A stretch of DNA of 64,000 nucleotides from Desulfobacterales bacterium (GCA_963674755.2 CAXXVS010000003.1:2176001-2240000), one strand, 5' to 3'. Counted from the stretch's first letter, positions 19,731 through 30,863 are shown. Notes: generated by a model not told the origin, from the letters alone. Program-made: numbers and translations.

Positions 19731-20831
19731 ATGATGGGGTCGGCGATTATTTTGACCAACGGCAGTCTGGCGCATGCGGATGCCAAAACCGCCCACGGAC
19801 TGATCCGGGGCACCGAACGGTTCACCATTGTCGGCGTGATCGACGCCAATCATGCCGGCCGGGATGCCGGGGAGGTGCTCGACGGCCTCCGGCGCGGCAT
19901 CCCGGTATATGCCAGCGTCGATGACTTCATCCAGAGCACCGGCACCACGCCCGACTATGGCATCATCGGGGTGGCCCTGAGCGGCGGCCGGCTAGACGAG
20001 GAATGGCAGGCCCTGCTGCTGGACGCCATGGGCCACGGGATTTCGGTGGTCAACGGCATGCATATGCTGCTGGGCGATATTCCGGCCTTTCGACGGGCGG
20101 CCGAGGAGCACCAGGTGTCGATCGTGGACATCCGGCGGATCACGCCCTTCGATCAGCGCCACTACTGGTCCGGGCGCATTTTCGAGATGACGGTGCCGCG
20201 TATAGCGGTGCTGGGGCTCGATTGCGCCATCGGCAAACGCACCACCTGCCGGCTGCTGATGGAGGCCTGCCGGCGGGAAGGCATCAAGGCCGAAATGATC
20301 TACACCGGCCAGACCGGATGGCTTCAGGGCAGCCCCTATGGCTTTATCCTGGATGCCACCCTCAACGACTTTGTGAGCGGGGAACTGGAGGCGGCCGTGG
20401 TCCGTTGTGAAACCGAGGCCCAGCCGGATCTGATTCTGATCGAAGGCCAGTCCGGTCTGCAGAATCCCATGGGGCCCTGCGGTTCGGAAATCATCAAATC
20501 GGCCAACACCAAGGGCGTGATCCTGCAGCATGCGCCATTCCGGAAATTTATCGACGGCCTGGAAGCCTGCGGCGGCTGCCTGCCGGAGGTCGAGGACGAG
20601 ATCCGTCTGATCGCCATGTACGGGGCGCGGGTCCTGGCCGTGACCCTCAACGGGGAGGGCGGGACGCCCGCCGACCTGGCCGCTTATGCCGCCGAGCTGC
20701 AGGCGCGGATCGATGTGCCGGTGATCATGCCCCTGGAAGAGGGGCTGGACCGTCTGATACCCGTGGTTCGGCAATTTATGCAGGCGCATGCCGACTATCC
20801 CGACACGGTCGTGCGCCAACGGGTGAATTAG
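19731..20831 (+). CDS. DUF1611 protein (DgcN-like D-amino-acid N-acetyltransferase)
   Basis: AKTAHGLIR, GLDCAIGKRTT, TGQTGW, DFVSGELE, IEGQS; RBS GGGAGG before the ATG at 19731. Confidence 0.88.
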   Translation: MMGSAIILTNGSLAHADAKTAHGLIRGTERFTIVGVIDANHAGRDAGEVLDGLRRGIPVYASVDDFIQSTGTTPDYGIIGVALSGGRLDEEWQALLLDAMGHGISVVNGMHMLLGDIPAFRRAAEEHQVSIVDIRRITPFDQRHYWSGRIFEMTVPRIAVLGLDCAIGKRTTCRLLMEACRREGIKAEMIYTGQTGWLQGSPYGFILDATLNDFVSGELEAAVVRCETEAQPDLILIEGQSGLQNPMGPCGSEIIKSANTKGVILQHAPFRKFIDGLEACGGCLPEVEDEIRLIAMYGARVLAVTLNGEGGTPADLAAYAAELQARIDVPVIMPLEEGLDRLIPVVRQFMQAHADYPDTVVRQRVN

Positions 20832-20851
20832 AGTCGGCAGGGAGAACTCGC

Positions 20852-22480
20852 ATGTTTGATATCATCATCCGCAACGGGCGGATCATCGACGGCAGCGGGG
20901 CCTCCGCTTTCACGGCCGATGTGGGCATCATGGGGGACACGATCGTTGAAATTGCTCCCCGCCTCGAGGCGGCGGCGCATACCACCATCGATGCCGCCGG
21001 CAAGGCCGTCAGTCCGGGATTCATCGATATCCATACCCATTCCGATTTCAGCCTCTATCTGGATCCCCGGGCGGAAAGCAAGGTTGCCCAGGGGGTTACC
21101 ACCGAGGTGACTGGCAATTGCGGCGGCTCACCGGCGCCGGTGCTCGACACGCACCGGGACGAATGCATGGAGTATATGGCCAGTCTGGGGGGAACCTACA
21201 AGCAAGGCCTGCCTCCCGGCGCCTGGAACTGGGGAACCCTGGACGCCTTTTTCGAAGATTTGTACGGCAGGGGGGTGGCCCTGAATGCGGTGCCGCTGGT
21301 GGGCCATGCCACCCTGCGCAGCAATATCATGGGGTATGCGAGCGGTCCTCCGTCGCCCGACGAACTCCAGCAGATGAAACGGTTGTTGACCATCGAGCTG
21401 GAAAAAGGCGCCTTCGGGCTTTCATCGGGACTGATCTATCACCCGGGCGCCTTTGCCGTCACCGCGGAACTTGCCGCCCTGGCCGCGGTGGTGACCGCGG
21501 TGGACGGGGTCTACAGCACCCATATGCGCAGTGAGGGCCGCTTTTTGTTCGAGGCTGTCGCCGAGGCACTGGCGGTGGCCCGCCAATCCGGTGTTTCCCT
21601 GGAAATTTCGCACCTCAAATGTGAAACCCCCTCCCGCTGGGGCCAGGCCGGAGCCTTGCTGGACACAATCGACCAGGCCCGGGCCGAGGGGCTGCGGGTC
21701 GATTTCGATCAATATCCCTACACGGCCTATTCCACAGGGCTCTTGGAACTTTTTCCAGTTTGGGCTAAAGAAAACGGCGCGCCGCGGATGGTGGAAGCCC
21801 TTACCGATCCGGAGCAGCGCCGGGCGGTGACCCGGGACATGATTCACCCCGCCGATGATTGGGACAATCCCATGGAGGGACTGGACTGGGAGCAGATCCG
21901 CATCGTGGGCTACGGACAGCCCCAAAACCGGGAGCTCAACGGCCTGAGCGTGGCTGCCATGGCCGCCCAGCGGGGGCAGGTGCCCCTGGAGGCGGTCTTC
22001 GATGTCTTTATCGAGGAACAAGGGCGGCTGGGCATGATCGTCTTTTCCATGTGCGAAGATGACCTGGCGACGATTCTCAGCCACCCGGCGGGGATGATCG
22101 GATCGGACGGCCGCGCGGTTTCCCCCACCGGCCTGTTCAGCCGCAGCCCGGTGCACCCGCGGTTTTACGGAACCTTCCCGCGGGTGCTGGGCCGTTACGC
22201 GCGGGAGAAGAAAATCATCTCCTTGGAGACGGCGGTCCGCAAAATGACCGGGCTGCCGGCCCGCAAACTGGGCCTGAAGCGCCGCGGCCTGCTCCAGACC
22301 GGTATGGCGGCCGATATCGCGGTCTTCGATCCGGCCACGGTGGCGGACGGTGCCTCTTTCGAAACGCCCCATCATTATCCCCTGGGCATTCCTTACGTTC
22401 TGGTCAACGGCCAGACCGTGATAGAAAACGGCCAACACACCGGACGGCTTCCCGGCCGGCGGCTGCGCCGGGGAGAATAG
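20852..22480 (+). CDS. N-acyl-D-amino-acid deacylase (D-aminoacylase) family amidohydrolase
   Basis: PGFIDIHTHSD, GVTTEVTGNCG, HMRSE, ISHLK, GSDG, HPRFYGTFPRVLG. Confidence 0.92.
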   Translation: MFDIIIRNGRIIDGSGASAFTADVGIMGDTIVEIAPRLEAAAHTTIDAAGKAVSPGFIDIHTHSDFSLYLDPRAESKVAQGVTTEVTGNCGGSPAPVLDTHRDECMEYMASLGGTYKQGLPPGAWNWGTLDAFFEDLYGRGVALNAVPLVGHATLRSNIMGYASGPPSPDELQQMKRLLTIELEKGAFGLSSGLIYHPGAFAVTAELAALAAVVTAVDGVYSTHMRSEGRFLFEAVAEALAVARQSGVSLEISHLKCETPSRWGQAGALLDTIDQARAEGLRVDFDQYPYTAYSTGLLELFPVWAKENGAPRMVEALTDPEQRRAVTRDMIHPADDWDNPMEGLDWEQIRIVGYGQPQNRELNGLSVAAMAAQRGQVPLEAVFDVFIEEQGRLGMIVFSMCEDDLATILSHPAGMIGSDGRAVSPTGLFSRSPVHPRFYGTFPRVLGRYAREKKIISLETAVRKMTGLPARKLGLKRRGLLQTGMAADIAVFDPATVADGASFETPHHYPLGIPYVLVNGQTVIENGQHTGRLPGRRLRRGE

Positions 22481-22579
22481 CACCCGAATACGCTTAAACG
22501 AATTTGCCATCTGCGCAATTGTCCTATTTACGAGGGAGAGGGGTTCACCACTAATTACGGTACCCAGAAGGAGGGAACA

Positions 22580-24154
22580 ATGAGGAAAACGGTCGGCGGT
22601 CTACTACTGGTTATTCTGGCGGCGGTATGCGTGCTGATGCCGGCTTCGGCCATGGCGGAAAAGGTCCTTTACGCCGCGGGTGACCCCAACGAGCTGGGGG
22701 TTACGACCTTCAACCCCATCAAGGTGGAGCTCAACCATGAGGCCATGTCCCTGATTTACGACAAACTGATCGAATGGGGCCTGGACGGCAATTACTACCC
22801 TGGTCTGGCTGCGTCCTGGACCATCAGCGACGACGGTCTGATCTGGAAAATGAAATTGAAGGAGGGGGTGACCTTCCACGACGGCACGCCCTTCAACGCG
22901 GAAGTGGCCAAATGGTTTTTAAAGGAGATGGAAACCGGCCCCTCCGCCTATATGGTGGGGGCCATCGATCATGTGGATATCGACGGACCTTACGCGATCA
23001 CGATGGTGTTGAAGCATCCCGAACCCAACATGCTCTTCAATCTCTCCCAGACCTTCATGGCCGTTCCCAGCATGGAAGCCTACAAGAAGTACGGTGAGGA
23101 TTTCGGCACCAAATACGTCGTCGGCTCGGGGCCCTACATGTTCGAGTCCTGGTCGCCGGGCGACAAGCTGGTCCTGGTCAAGAATCCGAACTACACCTGG
23201 GGGCCGGGGTTCGTGAAAAACAAGGGGCCGGCCATAATCGACAAGGTGGTCTACCTCGATGTCAAGGAAGAGTCCACGCGCTTTCTGGAGCTCAAAACCG
23301 GCAAGCTGGATGTGGTCTTCGCCCTGCCGACGATGTTCATCGACAAGGTCGAACAGGATAAAAACCTGCGGGTGGTCCGGCTGCCCGGTGACCAGCTCTA
23401 CCATATGGTCATGAACACCCAGTCGCCGCCCCTGGACAATCTGCTGGTCCGCAAGGGCATTGCCCTGGCCGTGGATCAGGTCAGCATCACCAAAAACGTC
23501 TTTGCCAATGCCGGCAAACCCGCCTTTACCTACCTGATCGATTCCCTGCCCGAAAGCAAGGTGGCCGAAAAGGATATGATCCGCTACGATCCCGAGGGGG
23601 CCAAGGCCGCCTTGGAAGAGGCCGGCTGGAAGGTGGGGCCGGACGGCATCCGGGTAGACAAGGACGGCAACCGCCTGTCGTTGAAGATGCTGGCCAAAAA
23701 CGAATCGTCCTACCGGCGGGTGGCCGAGGTGGTGCAGGCCCAACTGGCCGCGGTGGGCGTGGACGCCCAGATTACGCTGCTCGACCCCAGCACCATCCGG
23801 GCGCATCTCAAAAACGGCGAACATCAGCTGGCGGTGCGCAGCTATGAGTGGGAAAATGCCGATATCCTGGAATGGTTTCTCAATTCCACCCGTATGGGCT
23901 ATCCCAATGCCGCCTTCTGGCATGACAACGAGTCCGACTATCTGATGCAGAAGGCCATGACCCGTTCACGCTCCCAGCAGGAGCGGATCGATAATTTCAA
24001 GGTCTACCATACCTATCTGCTCAACCAGTATGTCTGGGCCCCCATCTATCTGCCGGATACGATTTTCGGCGTCAGCAAACGCCTGGTGGTGCCGGAAGGA
24101 GGCCAGGACCGCCGGTTCCTGGGAATGGGTGTGCTGGACTATGATTTGAAATAG
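22580..24154 (+). CDS. Peptide ABC transporter substrate-binding protein (family 5)
   Basis: Signal peptide; LKEGVTFHDGTPFNA, VGSGPY. Confidence 0.93.
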   Translation: MRKTVGGLLLVILAAVCVLMPASAMAEKVLYAAGDPNELGVTTFNPIKVELNHEAMSLIYDKLIEWGLDGNYYPGLAASWTISDDGLIWKMKLKEGVTFHDGTPFNAEVAKWFLKEMETGPSAYMVGAIDHVDIDGPYAITMVLKHPEPNMLFNLSQTFMAVPSMEAYKKYGEDFGTKYVVGSGPYMFESWSPGDKLVLVKNPNYTWGPGFVKNKGPAIIDKVVYLDVKEESTRFLELKTGKLDVVFALPTMFIDKVEQDKNLRVVRLPGDQLYHMVMNTQSPPLDNLLVRKGIALAVDQVSITKNVFANAGKPAFTYLIDSLPESKVAEKDMIRYDPEGAKAALEEAGWKVGPDGIRVDKDGNRLSLKMLAKNESSYRRVAEVVQAQLAAVGVDAQITLLDPSTIRAHLKNGEHQLAVRSYEWENADILEWFLNSTRMGYPNAAFWHDNESDYLMQKAMTRSRSQQERIDNFKVYHTYLLNQYVWAPIYLPDTIFGVSKRLVVPEGGQDRRFLGMGVLDYDLK

Positions 24155-24249
24155 ATCGCCATCCGAAACGAGAGCCTGCCGCTTCCCGCCGATGTCCACG
24201 GGCTGGAAGCGGCGCTGCCCAATAGGGTCTTGGGGAAAGAAAGAAAACG

Positions 24250-25176
24250 ATGTGGCGTTTCATGGTACGCCGGGTACTGCTCCTGATCCCGATCTTCGGG
24301 GTCGTCTCGGTGATTATATTCTCCCTGGTGCATATCGTACCCGGCAATCCCATCGACAATCTCATGGGACCCGGGATGACCAAGGCCCATGAGCAGCAGT
24401 TGATCGAAAAATACCACCTGGACAAACCCATTCCCGTCCAGTATCTGATCTGGTTCAAAAACATGCTCCACGGCGACCTGGGCCGTTCCATCGTGGAGAA
24501 ACGGCCGGTGAGCGAACTGCTGATGCATCACCTGCCTTACAGCCTGTCGCTGGGACTGACCGCCATTGCCATCTCCTTTGTATTGGGGGTTTCCATGGGC
24601 ATCGTTTCGGCGGCCAACAAGAATCGCCTGTGGGATCATTCGGCCATGCTGGTCGCGCTTTTTGGCGTGACGATTCCCTCGTTCTGGCTGGGGTTGATTC
24701 TGATTCTGATCTTCGCGGTCTGGCTGGGCTGGTTCCCGGTATCCGGGTCCGGCACCCTGATGTCCCTGGTGCTGCCGGCCGTCACGGTCGGTCTCGGCGG
24801 CGCCGGTCTGGTGGCCCGGGTGACACGCGTCAGCATGCTCGAAGTGGCCTCCAAGGATTTCATTGTCCTGCTGCACGCCAAGGGCCTGGGCAAAACCGCC
24901 ATCCTTCTGCGGCACATCCTGCGCAATGCGCTGATTCCGGTGATCACCATCCTGGGACTGCGCATCGGCTGGGTGCTGGGCGGGGCGGTCACCGTGGAGA
25001 TCGTTTTCGGCCGGCCCGGGCTGGGGCAAATGCTGATCACCGGTCTCTACCGTCGGGATTATCCCGTGGTGCAGGGAGCCATGCTGCTGCTGGCCATGGG
25101 CATCATGCTGGGGACCTTTCTGGCGGATGTGCTCTACGCCTATGCCGATCCGCGGGTGCGGGACCAGCACGACTAG
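24250..25176 (+). CDS. Peptide ABC transporter permease (OppB/DppB-like)
   Basis: GDLGRS, IPSFWLG, HILRNALIP, RDYPVVQG. Confidence 0.93.
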   Translation: MWRFMVRRVLLLIPIFGVVSVIIFSLVHIVPGNPIDNLMGPGMTKAHEQQLIEKYHLDKPIPVQYLIWFKNMLHGDLGRSIVEKRPVSELLMHHLPYSLSLGLTAIAISFVLGVSMGIVSAANKNRLWDHSAMLVALFGVTIPSFWLGLILILIFAVWLGWFPVSGSGTLMSLVLPAVTVGLGGAGLVARVTRVSMLEVASKDFIVLLHAKGLGKTAILLRHILRNALIPVITILGLRIGWVLGGAVTVEIVFGRPGLGQMLITGLYRRDYPVVQGAMLLLAMGIMLGTFLADVLYAYADPRVRDQHD

Positions 25177-25249
25177 CGGGTGGGCCAGGCCAGGCGCCGG
25201 GGGGGCGATATACAATTGAAAACCACGTGGATGGCAAGCAGGAAGACCC

Positions 25250-26134
25250 ATGTCCGCCGTTGATGCGCTGGAAACCGTGGCACCGCCGGATAATCCCTGG
25301 TTGCGTCGCCTGAAAAAGCTTACCGCCAACAAAGCAGGACTGGCCGGTATCGCGATCATTGTGCTCCTGATCGGTGTGGCCATCCTTGCCAATGTCCTGG
25401 CGCCTTACTCCTACAAGGAGCAGAATCTGGCGGAGATGAATCTGGCGCCCTCCCGCACCCATCTCATGGGCACCGATGAATTCGGGCGGGATGTCTTCAG
25501 CCGGATCATCCATGGGTCGCGGATTTCGGTCTATGTGGGGGTCGTATCCGTGGGCCTTTCGGTACTGATCGGCGTGCTGATAGGCTCGGTGGCCGGTTAT
25601 TACGGGGGTTGGCTGGATCAACTCCTCTCGGTAGTCACCGATCTGACCTGGTCGTTGCCCGAAATCCTGGTGGCCCTCCTGCTGGTGGCCATCGTGGGGG
25701 CGGGCCTGGAATGCGTGATCATCGCCGTGGCTTTGACCTACTGGGCCCAGTACGCGCGCCTGATTCGGGGGCAGATTCTGATGCTCAAGACCGAGGTTTA
25801 CGTCGAGGCCACGCGGTCGTTGGGGGCCACCGATTTTACGATTCTCTTCCGCCACCTGTTTCCCAATGCCATCGCCCCGGTGCTGGTGGCCGCCACCATC
25901 GGGATCGGGCAGGCCATCGTGCTCGAAGCGACCCTCGGCTTTCTGGGCATGGGGGCCCAGCCGCCGCTGCCCAGCTGGGGCGCCATGATGAGCAATGGCA
26001 CGGCCTACCTTTTCATCTCGCCCTGGGTGATCATCTTCCCGGGGCTGGCCATGATGGTGACCGTCCTGGGGTTCAATCTTTTCGGCGACGCCCTGGTGGA
26101 CATCCTGGATATCCGCGAGGACACCATCCGATGA
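25250..26134 (+). CDS. Peptide ABC transporter permease (OppC/DppC-like)
   Basis: HLMGTDEFGRDVFSR, EAT..LGA (EAA loop), PSWG, FNLFGD. Confidence 0.93.
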   Translation: MSAVDALETVAPPDNPWLRRLKKLTANKAGLAGIAIIVLLIGVAILANVLAPYSYKEQNLAEMNLAPSRTHLMGTDEFGRDVFSRIIHGSRISVYVGVVSVGLSVLIGVLIGSVAGYYGGWLDQLLSVVTDLTWSLPEILVALLLVAIVGAGLECVIIAVALTYWAQYARLIRGQILMLKTEVYVEATRSLGATDFTILFRHLFPNAIAPVLVAATIGIGQAIVLEATLGFLGMGAQPPLPSWGAMMSNGTAYLFISPWVIIFPGLAMMVTVLGFNLFGDALVDILDIREDTIR

Positions 26135-26189
26135 GCGTGTTGCGGGGCCGCCCTTCGACATCACGCCGGGCAACCAAGGATTTACACCC

Positions 26190-27173
26190 ATGACGCTTTT
26201 GCAGGTCGACGGTCTAGGGGTGCGGTTCCAGACGCGGGAAGGCGTTGTGGAGCCGCTGGACGACGTCAGTTTCGCCATCGAAGCGGGACAGATTATGGGG
26301 TTGGTGGGGGAAACCGGCTCCGGCAAGTCTGTGACGGCCCAGGCCATTATGGGTCTTCTGCCGTATTTGAACGGCGAAATCTGTTCCGGCCGGATCTGGC
26401 TTCGGGGACAGGACATGCGTGATCTGCCCGAGGACCGGTGGCGGACCATCCGGGGCAATCAGATCTCCCTGATCTCCCAGAATCCCATGACGTCCCTGGA
26501 TCCGGTCTACCGCGTGGGCCACCAGATCGTGGAAGGGATGCGTCTCCATCTGGCCATTTCCGCCCGGGAGGCCCACCGGCGCGCCATCGAACTGATGGCC
26601 TCCCTGCGCATTCCGGATCCCGAACGGGTTTTCCAGCAATACCCCCATCAGCTTTCCGGGGGGCTTAAGCAGCGCATTGTCATCGCTATGGGGCTTTGCG
26701 CCGATCCGAAACTGCTGATCGCCGATGAACCCACCACGGCCCTGGATGTCACGGTTCAAGCCCAGATCGTCACCCTTTTCAAGGAGACCACCCGCAAATT
26801 CGGCATCGGATTGCTCTTGATCACCCACGATCTGGGCGTTATCGCCCAGATCTGTGATACCGTGGCGGTCATGTACGCCGGTACGATCGTGGAGTCGGGT
26901 GATGTCCATTCGGTGTTTGCGCGGCCCCGGCATCCCTACACCCGGGCCCTGTTGGGATGCGTCCCCAAACTCGGCATGCCGGAGGGGGCCTTGAGCGCCA
27001 TTCCCGGCAATGTGCCCAGTGTGCGCACTTTTCCCACCGGCTGCCGGTTTCATCCGCGCTGCGAGGAGCGACGGGACTGCTGCCAACAGGCCAAGCCCAA
27101 AATGAATCTGATCGGCCGGGAAATTTGGGTGGGGTGTCTGAAATATGATTCCCAGCGGAGGGACTGCTGGTGA
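26190..27173 (+). CDS. Peptide ABC transporter ATPase (OppD/DppD-like)
   Basis: [25 protein letters not shown]-terminal GCRFHPRC. Confidence 0.95.
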   Translation: MTLLQVDGLGVRFQTREGVVEPLDDVSFAIEAGQIMGLVGETGSGKSVTAQAIMGLLPYLNGEICSGRIWLRGQDMRDLPEDRWRTIRGNQISLISQNPMTSLDPVYRVGHQIVEGMRLHLAISAREAHRRAIELMASLRIPDPERVFQQYPHQLSGGLKQRIVIAMGLCADPKLLIADEPTTALDVTVQAQIVTLFKETTRKFGIGLLLITHDLGVIAQICDTVAVMYAGTIVESGDVHSVFARPRHPYTRALLGCVPKLGMPEGALSAIPGNVPSVRTFPTGCRFHPRCEERRDCCQQAKPKMNLIGREIWVGCLKYDSQRRDCW

Positions 27174-28180
27174 GCCCCCTTGTCCAGGTCCGTCATCTTT
27201 GCAAACATTTTCCGGTTACCGCCGGGGTGTTGCACCGCACGGTTGGTTTGGTCCGCGCCGTGGACGACGTTTCCTTCGACATCGGCCGGGGCGAGATTCT
27301 CGGTATCGTCGGAGAATCCGGCTGCGGCAAGTCGACCCTGGCCCGCCTGATCCTGCGTCTGATCGAACCCAGCGGGGGGCAGGTTCACTTTGACGGGCAG
27401 GAGCTGGGACTGTTGGGCAAGGGCGAGCTGCGCCACCTGCGCCGCAAGATGCAAATGGTCTATCAGGACCCCCATTCCGCGTTGGATCCGCGCAACACCA
27501 TTCATCGTAGCCTGGCTGAAATGTATCAGATCCAGCGCGTCAAGATGACGCCTGAGGCCCTCAATGACCGGATCGCCGAGTTGCTGGTCATGGTGGGGTT
27601 GAAGCCGGAGCACGGCCTGGCCTATCCCCATCAGCTATCCGGCGGCCAGAAGCAGCGGGTGGTGATCGCCCGGGCCCTGGCCCTGTCTCCGGCCTTCGTC
27701 ATCCTGGATGAACCGACGGCCGCCCTGGACGTTTCGGTGCAGGCCCAGATCACGATTCTGCTCCAGAAGCTGCGCCAGACCTTTGACATGACCTATCTCT
27801 TCATTTCCCATGATATCGCCCTGGTGGATTACTTCTGCCATCGCATCATCGTGATGTACCTGGGGCGTATCGTCGAGATCCTGCCGGCCGGTCTCGGCCT
27901 GGACGCGCCCCGGCACCCTTACACCCGGCTGCTGATGGACAGCGTTTTCATTGCGGACCCGGAAAAACGCAAGACGATCTCGGTCGTGCCCGGTGAAGCG
28001 CGCAATGCCATAGGGTTGACCAAAGCGTGCGTTTTCGAATCCCGCTGCCCCTATGCCCGGCCGCTGTGCCGGCAGGCCATGCCGCCCCTCGTCGAAGACG
28101 CCGAGGGCAGATTCGCCGCCTGCCATTTTCCCTTGGGGGGGAACGGAGAAGAGCAGCGGATGGCGCGTGCCGGACGGTAA
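27170..28180 (+). CDS. Peptide ABC transporter ATPase (OppF/DppF-like)
   Basis: [25 protein letters not shown]-terminal ACH. Confidence 0.95.
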   Translation: MSPLVQVRHLCKHFPVTAGVLHRTVGLVRAVDDVSFDIGRGEILGIVGESGCGKSTLARLILRLIEPSGGQVHFDGQELGLLGKGELRHLRRKMQMVYQDPHSALDPRNTIHRSLAEMYQIQRVKMTPEALNDRIAELLVMVGLKPEHGLAYPHQLSGGQKQRVVIARALALSPAFVILDEPTAALDVSVQAQITILLQKLRQTFDMTYLFISHDIALVDYFCHRIIVMYLGRIVEILPAGLGLDAPRHPYTRLLMDSVFIADPEKRKTISVVPGEARNAIGLTKACVFESRCPYARPLCRQAMPPLVEDAEGRFAACHFPLGGNGEEQRMARAGR

Positions 28181-28242
28181 AGTGGTGGGCGGCGATGGGG
28201 AGCGCAGCGGCCCTCATTTCTACTTTGCAACAAAGGATATCC

Positions 28243-29169
28243 ATGAGCCCCATGACAACCGGCTCCGGCCGAATTCAAATGGATGCCGGCGTGGCCGGGC
28301 CGCTCTTCATGCTGGCGGCGGCCCTGCTTTTTACCCTCCTCAACCTCCAGGTCAAACTTCTGGGGCCGGCCTATTCCGCCTGGGATATCGGATTTTACCG
28401 CTTTGCCGGCGGCATCCTGGCGATCGTATCCATTTTCGGACGGCGCCGCAATCCCTTCCGGGGGCATAACACGCGTCTGCTCCTCATCCGGGGCTGCACC
28501 GGCTCGGTGGCCTTCATCTGTATGGTCTCCGCCATTATCCGCCTGCCCGTCTCCACCGCCCTGGTGATCTTCTATTCCTTCCCGGCCTTTGCGGCCGTGT
28601 TCTCCTATTTTATTTACGGGGAACGGGTCGGCAGGGGGGAGCTGGCCTGCATCGTGGGGGTCATGGCCGGGGTGGCCATCCTGTTCGATTTTCAGCCCGG
28701 CGGTGATCTGGTGGGTCAGGCCCTGGCCCTGCTGGGGGGCGCCTTCGCCGGACTGACGGTGACCCTGATCCGCACCCTGCGGGAGCACAACGGCCCGGTC
28801 ATCATCTATCTCTATCTTTGCACCATGGGGTTTTGCGTGTCGGCGCCCATGTTCGCCTTGCAACCCACCCTCCCGTCGACGCCCATGGAAGGCGCCTTGA
28901 TTTTGGGCATCGTTTTCAGTTCCCTGACCGCGCAGCTCCTCATGAACCAGGGCTTCTTCTACTGCCGGGGCTGGGAAGGCGGGGTCTTCATGTCGAGCGA
29001 GGTGGTCTTCACCGCCATCGTGGGCATTGCCTTGCTGGGGGATCCGGCCTCCTGGCGCTTCTGGACCGGCGGCCTCATCGTGCTCGCCAATGTGGTGGCC
29101 CTCAACCGGCTCAAAGCCGGGGCCGTGCCGGCGGCCAGGGGGACGGACGAGCCGGGCGCGGCGGCCTGA
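28243..29169 (+). CDS. DMT/EamA-family transporter
   Basis: About ten hydrophobic segments in two EamA-like halves; RBS AAGGA before the ATG at 28243 (start uncertain). Confidence 0.85.
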   Translation: MSPMTTGSGRIQMDAGVAGPLFMLAAALLFTLLNLQVKLLGPAYSAWDIGFYRFAGGILAIVSIFGRRRNPFRGHNTRLLLIRGCTGSVAFICMVSAIIRLPVSTALVIFYSFPAFAAVFSYFIYGERVGRGELACIVGVMAGVAILFDFQPGGDLVGQALALLGGAFAGLTVTLIRTLREHNGPVIIYLYLCTMGFCVSAPMFALQPTLPSTPMEGALILGIVFSSLTAQLLMNQGFFYCRGWEGGVFMSSEVVFTAIVGIALLGDPASWRFWTGGLIVLANVVALNRLKAGAVPAARGTDEPGAAA

Positions 29170-29432
29170 TGGCGATGGCCCGCGGCGCCGGCCAGCAGCG
29201 TCTGAGCACGGCCGGCGCCCGTCTTGACAACCTTCGGCCGTTTCGATAGCCTCCTCAGTCACCTGCCGCCCGGGACCCACCGCTTCGGCTGCATCGGTGC
29301 CGGGCGACGTTGTCCATCGGAAGCGTCGGCGGGCGGTCGGCATGTTCCTCCTCCCTTCGGTGCTTTCCCAAGCTGATGCGCCGGGCGGCCCGCCCCGGCC
29401 TCTTAATCCCGTTTGGCGAAAAGAGCCCCGAC

Positions 29433-30863
29433 ATGAAGACCATCCGCGGCAAAATTGTCTCCTTCTTCATCCTGTGCCTGACCGTAGCCGGCGTTCTGGC
29501 CCTGCTGTACTACCAGAATGCGCTTTCCCTGCGGCAGAAGATATACGCCATCGAACGCTTTGACGACCTGCTCAACGATGTCCTGGAACTGCGCCGGTAT
29601 GAAAAGAACATCATCCTTTTCAAGGATCCGGCGAGCCTCGAAGAAGCCACGAGCTACCTGCGCAAGGTGGATCGCGACTACAGCGACCTGAAGCCGGACA
29701 TTGCCGGGATCATCGGCCCCTTCGATCCGTCCCTGTTCGAGCGCAATCTGGCGCAGTACCACCAGACCCTCGATGCCATCATCGCCCAACAGGGCGGCGG
29801 GGGCAGCCAGCGCCAGGAGGAGGGTCTGCGGGCCAACGGCAAAGCCCTCGTGGATTTCGCCCAGCTTTTGATCCAGAAAAAACGCTCCCGGATCGATCAG
29901 ACCCTCAAACGGGTCCTGATCATTCCCCTGGCCAGCGTCGGGTTTTTGATCGTGCTGGCCGTGGCCGTCTTCCGCTTCCTGACCCAGGGCATTCTGAAAC
30001 CCCTGGCCATGCTGGAGGACGCCACCGCAAAAGTCGCCAAGGAATCCTTTACGCCGATCCCCTATGGCAAGGACAGCAAGGACGAAATCGCACGCCTGAT
30101 CCACTCCTTCAACAAGATGGTGGCCGAAATCGACTCCCGCCAGGAGCAGCTCGTACAATCCCGCAAGCTGGCCTCCATCGGCGTCTTTACATCGGGGATC
30201 GCCCATGAGCTGAACAATCCCCTCAACAATATCTCCATCACCGCCGAAGCCCTGATGCTCAACCATGCCGACGAACTGGCCCCGGAGATCAATGACATGA
30301 TCGACGACATCATGACCCAGGCCGATCGGGCCAGCCAGGTGGTGAAAAATCTCCTGGAGTTCGCACGGACCAAGCGCGTCGGACTGAAGGATCTCAGGAT
30401 TGCGGACGTGCTGGAGCATACGCTGAAGCTGGTCAAGAACCAGTTGAGCGTGGCCCGGATTCAGATCGAAAAGGAGATCGCGCCGGATCTGCCCCTGATC
30501 CACGTCAAGCAGGAGGACCTGCAGCAGGCCTTTGTCAATATCTTCCTGAATGCCGCCCACGCCATGCCGGAGGGCGGCAAGATCACGATCCGGGCCGGCC
30601 GGGGCCCCGAGGGCTTTCTGCAGGTCGATCTGACGGACACGGGCGCCGGCATCAAGCCCGAAGACCTGGACAATATCTTCGACCCCTTCTATACCACCAA
30701 AGCTGCGGGCAGCGGGACGGGCCTGGGCCTTTCTATCGTCTACAGCATTATCCGTACCCACGGCGGCACCATCGAAGCCCGCAGCGAAGTGGGGCAGGGC
30801 ACGACGTTTTCGATTTGTCTGCCGATCATCAAGCGCAAAAAGGGTGAGCAAGATGAGCTATAG
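29433..30863 (+). CDS. Membrane sensor histidine kinase (HAMP, HisKA, HATPase; NtrB-like)
   Basis: Two TM segments; DEIARL..FNKM HAMP; GIAHELNNPL; DTGAGI, FDPFYTTK, GTGLGL. Confidence 0.95.
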   Translation: MKTIRGKIVSFFILCLTVAGVLALLYYQNALSLRQKIYAIERFDDLLNDVLELRRYEKNIILFKDPASLEEATSYLRKVDRDYSDLKPDIAGIIGPFDPSLFERNLAQYHQTLDAIIAQQGGGGSQRQEEGLRANGKALVDFAQLLIQKKRSRIDQTLKRVLIIPLASVGFLIVLAVAVFRFLTQGILKPLAMLEDATAKVAKESFTPIPYGKDSKDEIARLIHSFNKMVAEIDSRQEQLVQSRKLASIGVFTSGIAHELNNPLNNISITAEALMLNHADELAPEINDMIDDIMTQADRASQVVKNLLEFARTKRVGLKDLRIADVLEHTLKLVKNQLSVARIQIEKEIAPDLPLIHVKQEDLQQAFVNIFLNAAHAMPEGGKITIRAGRGPEGFLQVDLTDTGAGIKPEDLDNIFDPFYTTKAAGSGTGLGLSIVYSIIRTHGGTIEARSEVGQGTTFSICLPIIKRKKGEQDEL

